From assembly GCF_006345805.1 (NCBI RefSeq), contig NC_043013.1, positions 40,238,001-40,302,000 of the forward strand: a stretch of DNA of 64,000 nt, given 5' to 3'. Of this stretch, positions 25,510-39,310 are shown piece by piece. A program made the position numbers and the translations under genes. Origin of the DNA: Octopus sinensis. Its lineage: Eukaryota. Numbering within the stretch: position 1 is the first letter of the stretch; every line of letters begins with the position of its first letter. Under the pieces are notes generated by a model. That model was given only the letters and a program-made list of their open reading frames with translations. It was not told the origin of the DNA and ran no database searches.

Positions 25510-26391
25510 GTGTCTGTGTTTGTCCCCCCACCATCACTTGAGAACCGATTTTGCTGTGTTTGTCTCCGTAACTTAGCGGTTCGGCAAAAGAGACTAATAA
25601 TATAAATACTAGGCTTACAAAGAAATAGTCCCGGGGTCGATTTCTTCGACTAAAAATCCCTTTAAAGTGGTATTCTGGCATGGCTGTAGTCAGATGACTG
25701 AAACATGTAAAAGAATAAAAGAACACACACTCATATAAATATATATACACATGTACACACGACCATGACATTTTTATTGCTGTACCATCATCCTATTTTC
25801 TATTCAACCAACAACCAGTATGTAGCTTTCACTGTCTCTCTTCCATTTCTCCCTCCTTTATCTTCCTATCACTATATCTCCACCTCATCCCCTATCGTCT
25901 TCATCATTACTTCCCTTTTATTCACACTTTCAGTCATGTTTGTAAGGCTAAAGTGACCTTTTTCGTATAGAAAGAGGACTCTTTAGTCTTGCAGGGAGCA
26001 TGGCAACTTTTCTCTCGTTTTTATCCCCCCCCCTCTCTCTCTTTAATGCTGGTGCCATGATAAAATTCCCCAGCACTCTCAGTAAAATGGTTGGTTACTG
26101 ACAAAGAATGAAGTAGATTCTTCAGTAGTATTGAGCACTTAACAACCTCTCCAGTGCTGGTGCCACATTAAAATGCAGCCAGTACAGTTGTTGGAGTTGG
26201 TAAGGGCACCCAACCATAGAAACCATGTCAAAAATGGAATATACAAGTGAGACATGAGCCTCCAGCCTGTCTAGGAGGGCAGTAGCTCTGAATAAGAAAT
26301 GACTGGGAGTGCGATGAGCCATTAAACCAATGCCAGCATTCAAAAGAGGTGTAAAATTATGATCATTACACACATATTCACACATATATGC

Positions 26392-26698
26392 AGGTGTAGC
26401 TATGTAAAGTTTACTTCCTAATCACATGGTTCTGGGTTTGGGCCAACCAAAAGCCTTGGGAGTGGATTTAGTAGATAGAAACTGAAACAAGCTTGCCGTG
26501 TGTATATATATGTGTGTGTGTATGTCTTTGTCTTCCACTACGTCACTTGACAACCAGTGTTGATGGGTTTATGTCCACATAAAAAGTACCAGGCTTAGAA
26601 AAAAAATGTACTGGGTTTGATTTATTTGATTAAAAATTCAAGGTGGTACCCCAGCATGGCCACAGTCTAATGATTGAAACAAGTAAAAGATAAAAGAT
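26392..26698 (+). mobile_element. SINE family B copy, CpG-decayed
   Basis: ggtggtaccccagcatggccacagtc in place of ggcggtgctccagcatggccgcagtc. Confidence 0.8.
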
Positions 26699-26899
26699 AT
26701 ATATATAGTGTGTATTAAGCTAAAGATTCAGATTCCCAAGACCATTCTATATAATGGTCTATCTTCCTTGGAGTTGGCTTGTCTTGTATCTCTTCCACTG
26801 AAGCACCCTCAATTCACATATCTCTTGAAGTTTCAACACTTACTATGTCTGTATGTTTTGTATATATAGAGAATTGAGCAGTTGAGGTAACCTGTGTGC

Positions 26900-28730
26900 A
26901 GTAGAATAGAATAATTAAGCTTACTTATCTTATGGACATTGTGGTAGCGATATGCTCCATAATCGAGGCTGGTAGATGAAGAGAAGGATCACTTTCATGA
27001 GGCCCTTATGCAAAACTACTTTGACAGTGACTTCATCAGAACTAGGCAACACTATAGTATCTTGTCTAACATACTTCATGGCTATGGTTATAGTGCAAGG
27101 AATGAACAGGGATCAAGGCTTCCAAAGTTCTGTGGTGATGCAAATGACTTATCATTTGTAACACTAATTTCAGGAAACCAACCAGATAGACTTCACAATT
27201 ACCAGGGGGAAAAAATGAGATAGGTATATGGTGGTGAATACTTAATTTTTACAAGGTAAGAATGTACTCTACATTGATTACTGATTAGTGACTTTTGAGT
27301 AAGAGCTGGACAAATGCATAGATGAGACAGTCTAGTGAAAGAAGATATGGAAGCTGAAAGAACCCTTGACCAGTCATCAGTTCAGAAGATTGTCAAACCT
27401 GATTGGCTTGAAGCATAAACTAGATCTTATTCCAAAAATATCATATTCATAATTTAGACCTAAGTAAATGGATAAAGTAATTAATATACATTAAAACAAA
27501 CTTTATTTTCAACAAGGGTAAGTGTTGTATTGCATGTTTGATGTACGAGATAACAGGATAATAATAACGTCCTCACAAATTGTTCTACTCAAGATACTGG
27601 TAATAACCCTCGACAATATGCAACTCTCGGCTGTACTCTACTCTGAAGGCTCTCTGCATATGTCCATTTACATTGTGGCACAGTCCATTAGGAGCCAACC
27701 AATAGGGGTGTTCTGCTTCCACACAACAGAAAGATGCAAGGTGTTAGCAAATTGTGTGTGTGCAGAGATGAGTGAGATAAGCTCATCCAGATGGTATATA
27801 CACAGTCTGATTAAGTAAGAGTATATAGAGTGAAAATGGTGATAGAAATTGTCCAAATGAATGCATACAGTTCTTGAGAAGATCAATACTTGATAGAAAG
27901 CTTGCAGTTTCAGCTTCAAAATGTTTCAATATTGTTCATATCACTAGAATCCATTCGGATGAACATGTGCATAAATTTGAAGAAGAAGAAAAACTATTGC
28001 TTGGCTAAGCATGAAGAGACAAAGTGAAGGGCAAATAGGTCACATTATGTATATAGATTAATAAGCTTTCTCATTCTCTAAGGTATACCAGTTTGATTAA
28101 TTGGAACTCATGTTAATCACAGCTCTAATTAGGCTCCAACTCTGAACATTTGCTAGACATGTATATTGTGCAGAATATTTTAGAATTGAAAAATATAATA
28201 ATAGAATTAATTTTTTCTACAAATTTAAGCCAGGGGCTGAAGTAAATATTGCTGCAAGCCATATGTTTGATACTCCTGACTTACAACTGAAATGGTAACT
28301 GGGAGTTACAAGACAATCTGTTAAGAGTTTTAAGACCAGATCTGTGGTTAGTGCAAAGTTACAACCAAACAGCAAGTGACATGATAACAGATAGAACCAT
28401 AAAAGTTAAGAGACTGGCCTCTAAAAACTAAAAGAAAGAAAAGGGCAAAAGGGCAATATCAAGTAGCTAGAAGAGAAATTAGACATCAGGTATGCTTAAA
28501 GGTAGAAGCTGAAGACGGTTTGTGTGTGCCCTGAAATGCGAGGATCATAAGTATGAGGCATTCTGAATTGCAAAGCAGTGTACTGGTGAAATTGAGGTAC
28601 TGTAAGGGGAGAAGTGTTTACAGAATGGCAGTGGTACACTTTAAGGACAGAAGCGAGGAGAATGCATGGAAGAGAGGAGAGAGAGAAATGGGGATGGTCT
28701 ACTCCAAGTAGTCACACCAGGGCGACCAGC
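26900..28730 (+). pseudogene. Decayed RTE-clade LINE fragments (AP endonuclease region)
   Basis: YAP*SRLVDEEKDHFHE near 26952 and GYGYSARNEQGSRLPKFCGDANDL near 27080. Many stops; boundaries approximate. Confidence 0.6.
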
Positions 28731-28847
28731 CAGTGAATTTGATTGTTGTCTGTTCAAAAGTGTAATTAAATATATGACTGTCATTGGATTTGATGGTCAT
28801 ACTTAGTAACATGTTTGCAGTATTATCAACTGCTACATGAATAAAAA

Positions 28848-29193
28848 ATCAAAATCAAATGGAAATTGTAGTTAAGACACCTGTGCCAGTGACACGTAAA
28901 AAGCACCATCCAAACATGGCAGATGCCAGCACCGCCTGACTGGCGTCCGTGTCGGTGACACGTAAAAGCACCAACCGATTGTGGCCATTTGCCAGCCTTG
29001 TCTGGCCCTTGTGCTGATGGCACGTAAAAAACACCCACTACACTCACAGACTGGTTGGCGTTAAGAGCATCTGGCTGTAGAAACACTGCCAAACCAGACT
29101 GGAGCCTAGTGCAGCCTTCATGGCTTACCAGACCCCAGTCGAACCGTCCAACCCATGCTAGCATGGAAAACAGACGTTAAATGATGATGATGA
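28848..29193 (+). mobile_element. SINE family C (RTE-tail type) ending in (ATG)n
   Basis: tgtgccagtgacacgtaaaaagcacc repeats...gtcgaaccgtccaacccatgctagcatggaaaacagacgttaaatgatgatgatg. Other copies near 30085, 32840, 40190, 52415, 58510 and 62095. Confidence 0.85.
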
Positions 29194-29679
29194 TGTAGAA
29201 ATAAGTATCAGTTGGATTGTCCAGGTTATGAAAATTACTGAAAAAGTTATAGCACAATAAAATAGGAAGATAATTAGTCTAGATGAGATGCAGTTACATT
29301 TATTCCGAGATAAGATCCAATTGATTCTGTGTTCTTAGTGATACAACTTCAAAAATACTTAGCTTGGAGTAAACCACCCTACCTAGTTTTTGCCATCCTT
29401 AATAAAGTGTTTAACACTGTTCCATAGAGTGTAGTCTGGTGGTCACTCAGAAAGTTAGGGATAGATGGGTTCATGAAAGCCATGCAAGGTACGTTAGTGA
29501 GATGCTGCCAGCAAGGTCTAAGTTAGCAATAAATTCACCAAATAATGTATTCATGCCAGTTGGTGTACATCAAAACTCACTTCTCTTTCCCTTTCTGTTT
29601 GTTATTGTCTTCTGTATCATAACATATATGCTTAAGACTGGTTGTCCATGGCAGTTTTGCATACTGACATGGTTCACAT

Positions 29680-30060
29680 TGCTGAATCAAAGATTTACAA
29701 AGGAATTTTCAAATTTGGAAATGAAACCTAGAATTAAGAAGGCTTAAGGTAAATCTAGTAAAGGCAAAAGTTTTAGTACGGAGGAAAGCAGAGCTCTACA
29801 GCCATCGGGAAAGTGGCTGTACTCAATATGCAGAAAACGAGTTAGTGGGAATTCCATATGGTAGTGTACTCAGTGCATACTATGGATGTACAAGTAGGAT
29901 GGCAAAGAAGGTAGGTTTCATATGTGATAGGTACAAGGGCAGATAGTTAGTAACTGTACAGATGAAATAATTTTTTCAAATGACCAAAAGACTGTCTAGA
30001 AGTAGTTGATAGGTTTTGAAGCCTAATTAGCAGTGAACAGTGAATGCAGGTGTGAAAAGA
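29680..30060 (+). pseudogene. RTE LINE fragment: RT end and Cys-rich finger
   Basis: LKVNLVKAKVLV-type motif near 29745 and ICRKRVSGNSIW*CTQCILWMYK near 29830. Confidence 0.6.
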
Positions 30061-31089
30061 ATTATGGCTAATATATCCTCATCATTGTCATTTTAACATC
30101 CACTCGTGCAGGCTTGCATGGGTTGGATGGGATTTGTTGTGGCAAGTTTTCTCCAGCTGGATGTCCTTCCTGTCACTAACCCATACCTGTTTTCAAATAA
30201 TATGGCCAAATATGCTGTATAACAGTGACACTCATTCACAAACATCATGTGTGTCAAGGCAATGAGACATCAACTCACATGCATAGGCACACACACACAC
30301 TTACACATGATGGACTTCTTTCAGTTTCCATCTACTGAACCTATTCTCAGGGTATTGGTCAGCCTGGGGCTAAGGTAGAATACACTTGCCCAGGGTGCCA
30401 AGCAATGAGATTGAACCTGAAACCCTGTGGTGGAGAAGCAAGCTTCTTAACTACAAAGCCACATCTGACATATTTTAACAGAGCCTCTAAATGATTATTT
30501 ATTTGATCTACCAGAAATAGATACAAAATATCTCACTTGGCCATCTTAATAAAACGAAGACACATTAGATAGTGTAGTCCGAGATAAACTATCAGAAGAG
30601 AAAAGAAAATATGGGATGATCATATCTAGAATGCCATGATCATGGATCTGGGATGACTTGGGAGCTGAATAATGATTATAGAAATTACAATTACAAAAAA
30701 ACAAGATTTATTATTTCCATTGTTACTAATCCATTAATTAATAGCATTTTTCTTTATTACTTTTATTCCACTGGAAATGGATACCAATAATCTTTCAAGT
30801 TGTATCTACTTCTCCCAGAGCTGTCTGATCTCCATAGAGGTCCATTTTACCTAGACTGCTAATGTGCATTGGAAAAAAAAGGAACATCATAATATGTCAT
30901 TTTTCTGCTGTTAAAACCAGCCAATACTGATTGAAGTAGTTTTACTTGTAAGGTCTAACAAGTTACTTGAAGCTATAGAATTAAGTCTCTTATCACAAAT
31001 ATATAATTTATTTATTTTACTAAGCTGACAATTTAAAGTTTACTCACAATTATTGCTATAGATGTACTCAAGTCTTCAGCTCTCACTAT

Positions 31090-31135
<46 letters not shown>

Positions 31136-32032
31136 GTATATACACACATCCTATATGTCTATTTATGTGTGTGTGTGTGTGTGGTTTTCCATCTATCTTT
31201 TTGTTTTTATAGTTAATCTGTCATTAGAAAATGATATATTTAACAGTTTATTATTTCTACAGACTCAAACAAAGCACCAGCTATCTGTCTATCTACACAG
31301 ATAATGCTAAGATCTGTGTGTATGTGTGTAGACAACAGATTCTTAAGTAGTATTACTTTCTAATAATAGATCAATTATAGAAACAAAATGGTTCACTGAA
31401 CTATCAATGGTTATTTGAACCATTTCAGCAGAATTCTTTGAACTGGAGTGGCAATAAAGTTAGATTCTTCCTCCGTTACATGTTTTTGCCGTTTTTTTTC
31501 TTTTCTTTTTTTCACTTCTTGGCAATGGTTGTGTGTGTGTGTGTGTGTGTGTAAGCATATGTTTTAAGATGTGATGCTTTAAAGAAGCCAAGTGCTACAC
31601 AGTGTGTCTCAGACAGTTGAAATTACTGTTAGAGATATTCTGCTTTTAAAATTGAAACATAGCAAAATAATCCTTATGCAGATATTGACTGTGTTATAGA
31701 AATCTAGTAGGATTATTTTAATGTTTAGCAGATGTTAAACTGAAAATAGGGGGACAGGTGGAGTAATTTAAAAAAGATTTTCCCTTAAAACATTTGTTTT
31801 TTTTTCACATGACTCGGTTACTGGAGGAAGGGTGATGCCCACAACCTTTTATTCTGGACCTCTGTGACCAGTTTGGAGAAAGTTAGCTTCAGACCAAAGA
31901 ATTGGTTTAAAAGCTTGTGACAGAGTGATGTCTGCTAAAGGCACCAAAGACCAGGTGGTAATGTTAAACCAGTTTAAGTCTACTACCCAAGAACAGGAAT
32001 AGTTCCTCTGACTGGATTCCATACAATTTCTT

Positions 32033-32262
32033 ATTTCTTTATTGCCCACAAGGGGCTAAACATAGAGGAGACAAACAAGGACAGACAAAGGGATTAAGTC
32101 GATCACATCAATCCCAGTGTGTACCTAGTACTTAATTTATCAACCCCAAAAGGGTGAAAGGCAAAGTCGACCTTGGCGGAATTTGAACTCAGAATGTAAA
32201 GACAGACGAAATACCACTAAGCATTTCGCCCAGCGTGCTAACGATTCTGCCAGCTCGCCACT
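32033..32262 (-). mobile_element. SINE family A copy
   Basis: gaaaggcaaagtcgaccttggcggaatttgaactcagaatgt...ctgccagctcgcca. Confidence 0.85.
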
Positions 32263-33381
32263 TTACAGAAATTCCATACAACTCCTGTCTACTAAATTTC
32301 ACACTGAAGGTTTTGGATGACCCAAGCCTATTGTAGAAGACACTTGCCCAATGTGTCACATCGTAGGATAGAACCTGAGCCCCACAGGCATAAAATAATT
32401 TCTTAACCATGCATTTGTATTATTCATTACTAAACCATCCAAGTGTATGGCTCCTGCTTCACAAATGGTGCTGCTACACACACACACACAAGCATCTTGG
32501 ACTACATCCAAAGAAAGAACATCTGACTGATTGTCCAATATATTCATCCTCCCTCTTCTGCTGGTTCTACAAATGTCTCTTGCATCTCTGAACTACTACA
32601 TGCTATTTCCTGAGCTAACTCACCCAAAATTCCCATCACTCCTCTCATCAGTCTTATTGTGTCCACACCAACTACATTTTTGCTTCACCTTTTCTCCCCA
32701 GAATGTTAATTGTCTGAAATCCACCCAGTGTGTTTGTTGCAGACATCAACTTAGATATATTTAAGCGAACTTAAACTGAATTGTTCTTTACCAGTCTCAG
32801 AGGAACTGTAAAATTCAAAAGCACAATTATCATCATCATCATCATCATGTCTGCTTTGCATGCTGGCATAGGATGTTACGTTTTGACTGGATCCAGTGGG
32901 TTAGCGGCCCACATTTTGCTCCAGTCTCAGTTTTGGCATGGTTACTGTGACTGGAAGCCCTTAATGCCAACCATTTTAGAGTGTACTGGGTCATTTTTAT
33001 TTTCAAGGCATCAACATAGTGAGGTAGTCCCACTCTCCTCATCTGAAAGGGTGATAGGAGATAGGGTGGTCACTTTATGTGAGATTTTGAGTGGTTAAAG
33101 TATAATGGGAGGAGCAGGAACAGTTTTACTGTTGGGAAGGAGAGTTATGGCTTCTTTGTCTTTTATAGGAGTGGCTTGATTGGCTTGGAAGAGAAGTAAT
33201 AAGGTGCCAGAACATATCCTCAAGTTAACATGTCCAAGGTGAATAGAATAAAGCATGGATCAGAGGGGGTGGGTAATGTTGCAAGGGTATGCGAGATAAA
33301 TGTAAACATGGTGTAGAAGTGGCCAATAAGGGATTTGTAGTGGATGGTAGACAAGGATGATCGATCAGTATGAGTGTGGGC

Positions 33382-33465
33382 AGAGGATGATGATGTTGAT
33401 TGGATGTAGAGAGGATGATGATGTTGATTGGATGTAGAGAGGATGATGATGTTGATTGGATGTAG
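33382..33465. repeat. 3 x 28-bp tandem repeat
   Basis: agaggatgatgatgttgattggatgtag at 33382, 33410 and 33438. Confidence 0.9.
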
Positions 33466-33555
33466 TATAGAGGAGAGGGAGTGGTAACTGGCAGTACAGA
33501 AATGGCAATATGATACGGATGTTGCAACAGGTTTTGCTTTCATCCACCTGCTTAA

Positions 33556-33774
33556 CCCTTTAACATTCAGATTACTCTCTCAAATGTAATGCTCGTTATT
33601 TATTCATGTTGTTTTGAATTAATTATACATTATGTTGTAGCTTCAAGATTTCAATGATGTAATCTTTTTATTTCGGAATGATAATGTAGGGTAGCCATGA
33701 GAGGCGAGATCTTACCAGTTTGAACATAAAACAGAATATTTGGGTTGGATGTGACTTGTTTAAATGCTAAAGAG
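33556..33774 (+). mobile_element. piggyBac-like MITE (family D)
   Basis: TTAA on both flanks; ends ccctttaacatt / aatgctaaagag. Other copies near 34950, 35745, 36080, 44318-44532, 53531-53718 and 61273-62010. Confidence 0.75.
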
Positions 33775-34001
33775 TTAAATGATAATGAGAGAACCTGACA
33801 AGTCTAGAAAGAAGCTTCGTTACTGTCAATTGATTTACAAGAAATAGCTGCCAAATTCCTAAGTTACAATACATTGCCATAGCTCATAGAATTCAAGCTG
33901 TAATTACAGCCAAAGGCAGTCCTACCCCATATTAAAATAAATTTGCTTGAAATTTTAAGGTGTTTCCATTATTTTATCCAACCCCTGTATGTATGTATGT
34001 A

Positions 34002-34032
<31 letters not shown>

Positions 34033-34035
34033 GAA

Positions 34036-34330
34036 GGTGCAATGGCCCAGTTGTTAGGGCAGTGGACTCGCTGTCGTAGGATCACGGTTTCGATTCCCAG
34101 ACCTGGTGTTGCGAGTGTTTATTGAGCGAAAACACCCAAAGCTCCACAAGGCTCCAGCAGGGGATGGTGGTGATCCCTGCTGTTCTCTTTCACCACAACT
34201 TTCTCTCACTCTTCCTTCTGTTAGCCTGCTCGCTTGGCCAGCAGGGTGACGTCATTGAAGGCTAAAACAATGTGAAGCGCATTGTGACCAGCGATGTGTA
34301 GCAACATCTGAAGGCCTGATTGGTCATGTG
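34036..34330 (+). mobile_element. tRNA-derived SINE (family E) with recognisable A and B boxes
   Basis: tggcccagttgttagg (A-box-like) and ggtttcgattcc (B-box-like), followed by a non-tRNA body and a TA tail. Confidence 0.65.
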
Positions 34331-36880
34331 ATATATATATATATATATATATAATTGTTTGTCCCCCCCATTACTGCTTGACAACTAGTGTCACTGTGTT
34401 TACATTCCTGTAACTTAGTGATTTGGCTTAAGTGACCGTTAGAATAAGTACCAAGCTTTAAGACAAAAAAAAAAGCACTGGAGTTGATTCTTTTGACTCA
34501 AAATTCTTCAAGGTGGTACCCCAGCATGGCCACAGTCAAATGACTGAAACAAGGAAAGGATAAAAGAAGATAATGTTTTGAATAAGATACATATTTCATT
34601 ATATATTGTATGAGATTCTAGTTAGATGTTATCTGTTATTTAACAAGAATTACCCTAGATATGGGCTTGTATTAAGGGTCAGCAGCTGCTGTTGCAATAT
34701 AATTATGTGATAAGCTAGATTCTATAGTTAAACAAATTATAATTGGATTATTGGAGATAATATAATAGGGTTATAACAGACTTTGTAAGTCTGCCCACAG
34801 CAATTTTAAGCCTCCTTTTATTAGGATATAAGCGTAATTGAGCAAGGTTCAATATAAACTGTTGCTTGTATTTTTATTGTGTGTGTGTCTGTACATGTGC
34901 ATGATGGTTGTGTGGTTAAGAAGTTTGCTTTGCGTCAAATGTGATGCTTATTTATTCACATTGTTGTCAATCAGTTATGCTACTTTTCGTTGCTTTGACA
35001 TTTTGAGGATTGACATTGTAGGATAAATGAGAGAGGCTGGATCTGGCCAGTTTTAACATAAAACAGAATATTTGGGCTGGATATGACCTGTTTAAATGCT
35101 AAAAAGTTTTGTCCCGATCTAAGGCAACGATAGTGCGACTGTGCATGTATGGATTGTATTTGTCATATGTGGCTCCAGCTTTATCACTTTCACATCATTT
35201 TGAATTAATCATGCCTTATATTGTGGCTTTGAGATTTTGTTGATGCCATTGCTTATTTTAAGAATAGCATTTGTTAAGAAGATGTGTGAAACAGGATCTT
35301 CCCAGTTTGAAAATAAAGTTTGTGGTGAAGTTACATGTGAATGTAGGCAACGATAAATACTTGCTAAATTAGTGTAGCTTCAAAGGGTACATTGTTGATA
35401 TCCCAGTTATCATGATATCAGCAATTTGTTATCATTGAGATAATAGCTTTCAGTATTATCAACACAGCCTTTTGAATGACTTGCTTAATTCTTAAAGATA
35501 GAAAGTGATAAACTTAGTAACAACTGTTACTAAGTTGTCAGTTTTAATTACTAATTAGGGCCATTTGATTTCACTTATATTGTTAGTGTCCTTTGAAAAG
35601 GCATAATTGCCACAGCATGAAATTTTCAATCTATAAAGCAGGTTTCGTTAAGTTGTGTGTAATCAGAATATGGATGAATAATCTACTCTACCAGGGTAGT
35701 TCCTGCAACAAAGATAGTAACTTGGAGGATGAAGTGGTATTTAACCCACCCTTCAGCATTTGGTTCACTCTCTGAAATATAATGCTTATTTATTCACATT
35801 AAAAAAAAATTAATAATGTATTATATTGTAGCTTAGAGATTTTGAAGATGTGGTTGTAGGATAGGTGCAAGAGGTCAGATTTTACCAGTTTGAACACCTC
35901 ACTTATCACGTATAATTGAATTATACTTTTTCCTCTATTTTGATTCATATTATACCTTAACTCTTCTGTTATATGATAAAATGTTAAAAATAAATATATT
36001 ATAATAAACACAAAAATAACAAAACAAAAAAAAATATAATTGATAAAATGATAGATATTTTTTCTTCATTTGAAGCAGAATATTTTGGGCTGGATCTGGC
36101 CAGTTTAAATGCTCATGGGTTGACCTTTTAGCATTCAGATTACTTTGTCAAATGTAATGCTTATTTATTCACGTTGCTTAGAATCCATCAGGCATTATCT
36201 TGTAACTTTGAGGTTTCAATGATGTAAAAGTTTATTTTGAGAACAACACTGTAGGATTTGTGGGGCCAGATCTGATTGGTTTGAACACAAAACTTGTACA
36301 GTATTTAGGCTGAATTAAGGCAGGGTGCTGGCAGAAACATTAGCATGCCGGGCGGAATGCTTAGCGATATTTTGTCTGTCTTTATGTTCTGAGTTCAAAT
36401 TCCACCAGGGTCAACTTTGCCTGTCATCCTTTCGGGGTCAATAAATTAAGTACCAGTTGCATACTGGGAGTGATCTAATTGACTAGCCCCCTCCTTAGAG
36501 AGTAGAAAAGAATATTTAGGCTGAATATGGCCTGTTTAACATGCTAAAGGGTTGATTATCTGTTAGTCCTTTTCTGGAGGTAAGCAGAGAGGGCCACTCA
36601 ACCTATTAAAAGATATACTTCAAATCACACCCTATCATCTTAAATAAAGGAAGGGCATATTGGATAATGTATTTATTTACTAGGCTTGAATAAAAGATGG
36701 AATGTCTTTGATTATAAGTCTGTCCTATGAAGGATAATCTGGAGTGAGGCAATAACATATTGCAAGATAATGAAAATACCCCCCCACCCACACACACACA
36801 TCTTGTACCTAACATACCTAATTGTTTAGATCACCTGTGAACTAAACCCCCCATACTTTGTGTGTGTGTGTGTGTGTATC

Positions 36881-37518
36881 TGTGCCGGTGGCACATAAAA
36901 AGCACCATCCAAACGTGGCCGATGCCAGCGCTGCCTTGACTGGCTTCTGTGCCAGTGGTACATGACCTGCTGTGCTTGAGGAGACCTATTGAGTCAAGTA
37001 CATCAACATCAAAATAAATATCAAATGGAAATTGTAGTTGTGATACCTGTGCCGGCGGCACGTAAAAAGTACCATCCAAACATGGCCAATGCTAGCACCG
37101 CCTTGACTGGCTTCTGTGCTGGTGGCACATGATCTGCGGCGCTTGAGGAGACCTATTGAGTCAAGTACATCAACATCAAAATAAATATCAAATGGAAATT
37201 GTAGTTGTGATACCTGTGCCGGTGGCACGTAAAAAGCACCATCCGAACGTGGCCAATGCCAGCGCCACCTTCACTGGCTTCTGTGCCGGTGGCACGTAAA
37301 AAGCACCAACCGATTGTGGCCGCTGCCATCCTCCCCTGGCACGTAAAAAGCACCAACTACACTCAAGGAGTGGTTGGCGTTAGGAAGGGCATCCAGCTGT
37401 AGAAACACTGCCAGATCAGACTGGAGCCTGGTGCAGCCTCCTGGCTTCCCAGACCCCGGTCGAACCGTCCAACCCATGCTAGCATGGAAAACGGACATTA
37501 AACGATGATGATGATGAT
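36881..37518 (+). mobile_element. SINE family C with an internal 167-bp tandem array
   Basis: Units start at 36881, 37048 and 37215 (tgtgccgg.ggcac); ends with the standard catggaaaacggacattaaacgatgatg tail. Confidence 0.9.
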
Positions 37519-38311
37519 GTATGTATCTTTTACTGTTTGCTTGTTTCAGTCATTGGACAGTAGGCATGCAGGGACACCACCTTGAAGGATTTAGTCAAAC
37601 AAATTGACCCTAGTACTTATTTTAAGCCTGGTACTTATTCCATCAGTCTCTTTTGTTAAACCATTAACTTACAGGGATGTAAACAAACTAACACCAGTTG
37701 TAAAGCAGTAGTGGGTGACAAACACATACATAGACATTCACACATAAACACACATACATGCATATATACAGAATGGGCTTTTTTCAGTTTCTATCTACCA
37801 AATCCACTCACAAGTCTTTGCTTGGCACAGAGCTGTAGTAGAGGATGTAGTTGAGAAGCAGACTACTCACCACACAACCATGCTTTGTTGCCAGTTCCTG
37901 AACTGGAGGCATGGGCTGTGAAGACCAGAAACATTGGACACAGCTGATGTTCTTTGACATCTGCAACTTGATAGCTGCAAGGAAATGTGGGATGAAATTC
38001 CAGAGAGATAATATTCTGAAGTGGAAGGACTGGAGATGATAGGGATTGGTGGATACACTTTGGATAAAGAGTATAGGAGAGACTAGTAAGCCTGAATGAA
38101 GCTGCTACTAAGCCAGCTGGTTCTGAAGAGCCGGGGCCTTCATAGTATTAATAGAAGAGGCAGTGAGAAGGCAACGCTTTCTGTAAGTCAGATGGTTGTT
38201 ATCTTCTGGTCTTGTTGTTAAGTATGTTTCTATCTTGTTGTTTGTGCTAAAAGAAATTTTTTTCTTCTTTTTGTTTGAAATTCCATATCAATATTCCATG
38301 TTGTTTTGCAG

Positions 38312-38366
38312 ACGGAAAAATCTACACGAAGCAAAACAAACAAATGGAAAAATGAAAAATCCAAAG
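38312..38366 (+). CDS. Nop6-like RRM protein, exon 2 (TEKSTRSKTNKWKNEKSK)
   Basis: ttgttttgcag acceptor and AAG|gtaagt donor; 55 nt open, ending in phase 1, which matches exon 42846. Confidence 0.7.
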
Positions 38367-38519
38367 GTAAGTTCAGTCATTGCTCCATTCTGCCAAATTA
38401 TGCTTTTGATTATATTTTGAAACTTCCTTCATCTATAACACAGTTGATATTGTGATGTCCAAACTAGGCAAGATGGTAAGATGATGTGAGGGCAGTTGCT
38501 ATGGCATTGAGGTAGATCC

Positions 38520-39137
38520 AGCCACCCCCATTAACAGGGACAAAACCCAGATTTAAAACATTTGATTTTGATGATGATATATATATATTCGACAGTGTCA
38601 GTGATTTGGGAGAAAACAGGGTATATATGGTATCAGATGCAGTGTACAAGAGAGAAGACTGCACTGGTATGGTCATATAATTCATATGAACAAAGAGAGT
38701 TGCATCAAGAGGTGAAAATTTCTAATTGTAGAGGAAACATGTGGAAGGAGTAGACCCAGAAAGACATGGGATGAAATAGTGAGAAAGGATCTACAGATGT
38801 TGGGACTCACAGAGGGGATGACAGGGGCTGAGACTCCTGGTGGTTTGCTGTGCTTGAAAAGACATGTCAAGCAAAGTAAAAGCATGGTTGCTATTGCATA
38901 CAGGCTCACTTACTGCAACCCTCTCCAGCTGAGCATAACTAATTTTGTGGGCTTGTAGGTGCTGGTGCTGTGTAAAAGCACCTAGTATGTTCTGTAAAGT
39001 GGTTGATGTTAGGAAGGCATTGAACCGTAGAAACCACATGAAAGCACAGGGAGCCTGAACAACCCTTCAGCTGGTCAGCTCCTCTTGAACCATCCAACCC
39101 ATGCCAGCATGGAAAATGGACATTAAAGGATGATGAT
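38520..39137 (+). pseudogene. 3' end of an RTE LINE followed by a family-C-type 3' tail
   Basis: VQERRLHWYGHI...CGRSRPRKTWDEIVRKDLQMLGLTEGMT, then catccaacccatgccagcatggaaaatggacattaaaggatgatgatg. Confidence 0.75.
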
Positions 39138-39310
39138 GTAGGTAGGTAGGGTAAAATCCAAGCTGTGTCCTCTTGAAGCACATGTGCTTTTCTCAGAATT
39201 ACAATCCAGTCTGTTGTATTGATATTCGGTACATATTAGAGTTGAAAATTCTGGAAATATTGTTTGCTGAGTTCTTATAGAACAAAATAAGAAGTTGGAT
39301 AAACATATAC

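Larger units (their letters stand above)
24515..25720 (+). mobile_element. SINE family B copy split by nested insertions
   Basis: Head at about 24515-24646 and tail at about 25505-25720; a Helitron-like element and a palindrome sit in its central microsatellite. Confidence 0.75.

Noticed and set aside
34036-34103. Possible tRNA gene
   Set aside because: A and B boxes are present but the acceptor and anticodon stems do not pair well, and it continues into a SINE body.
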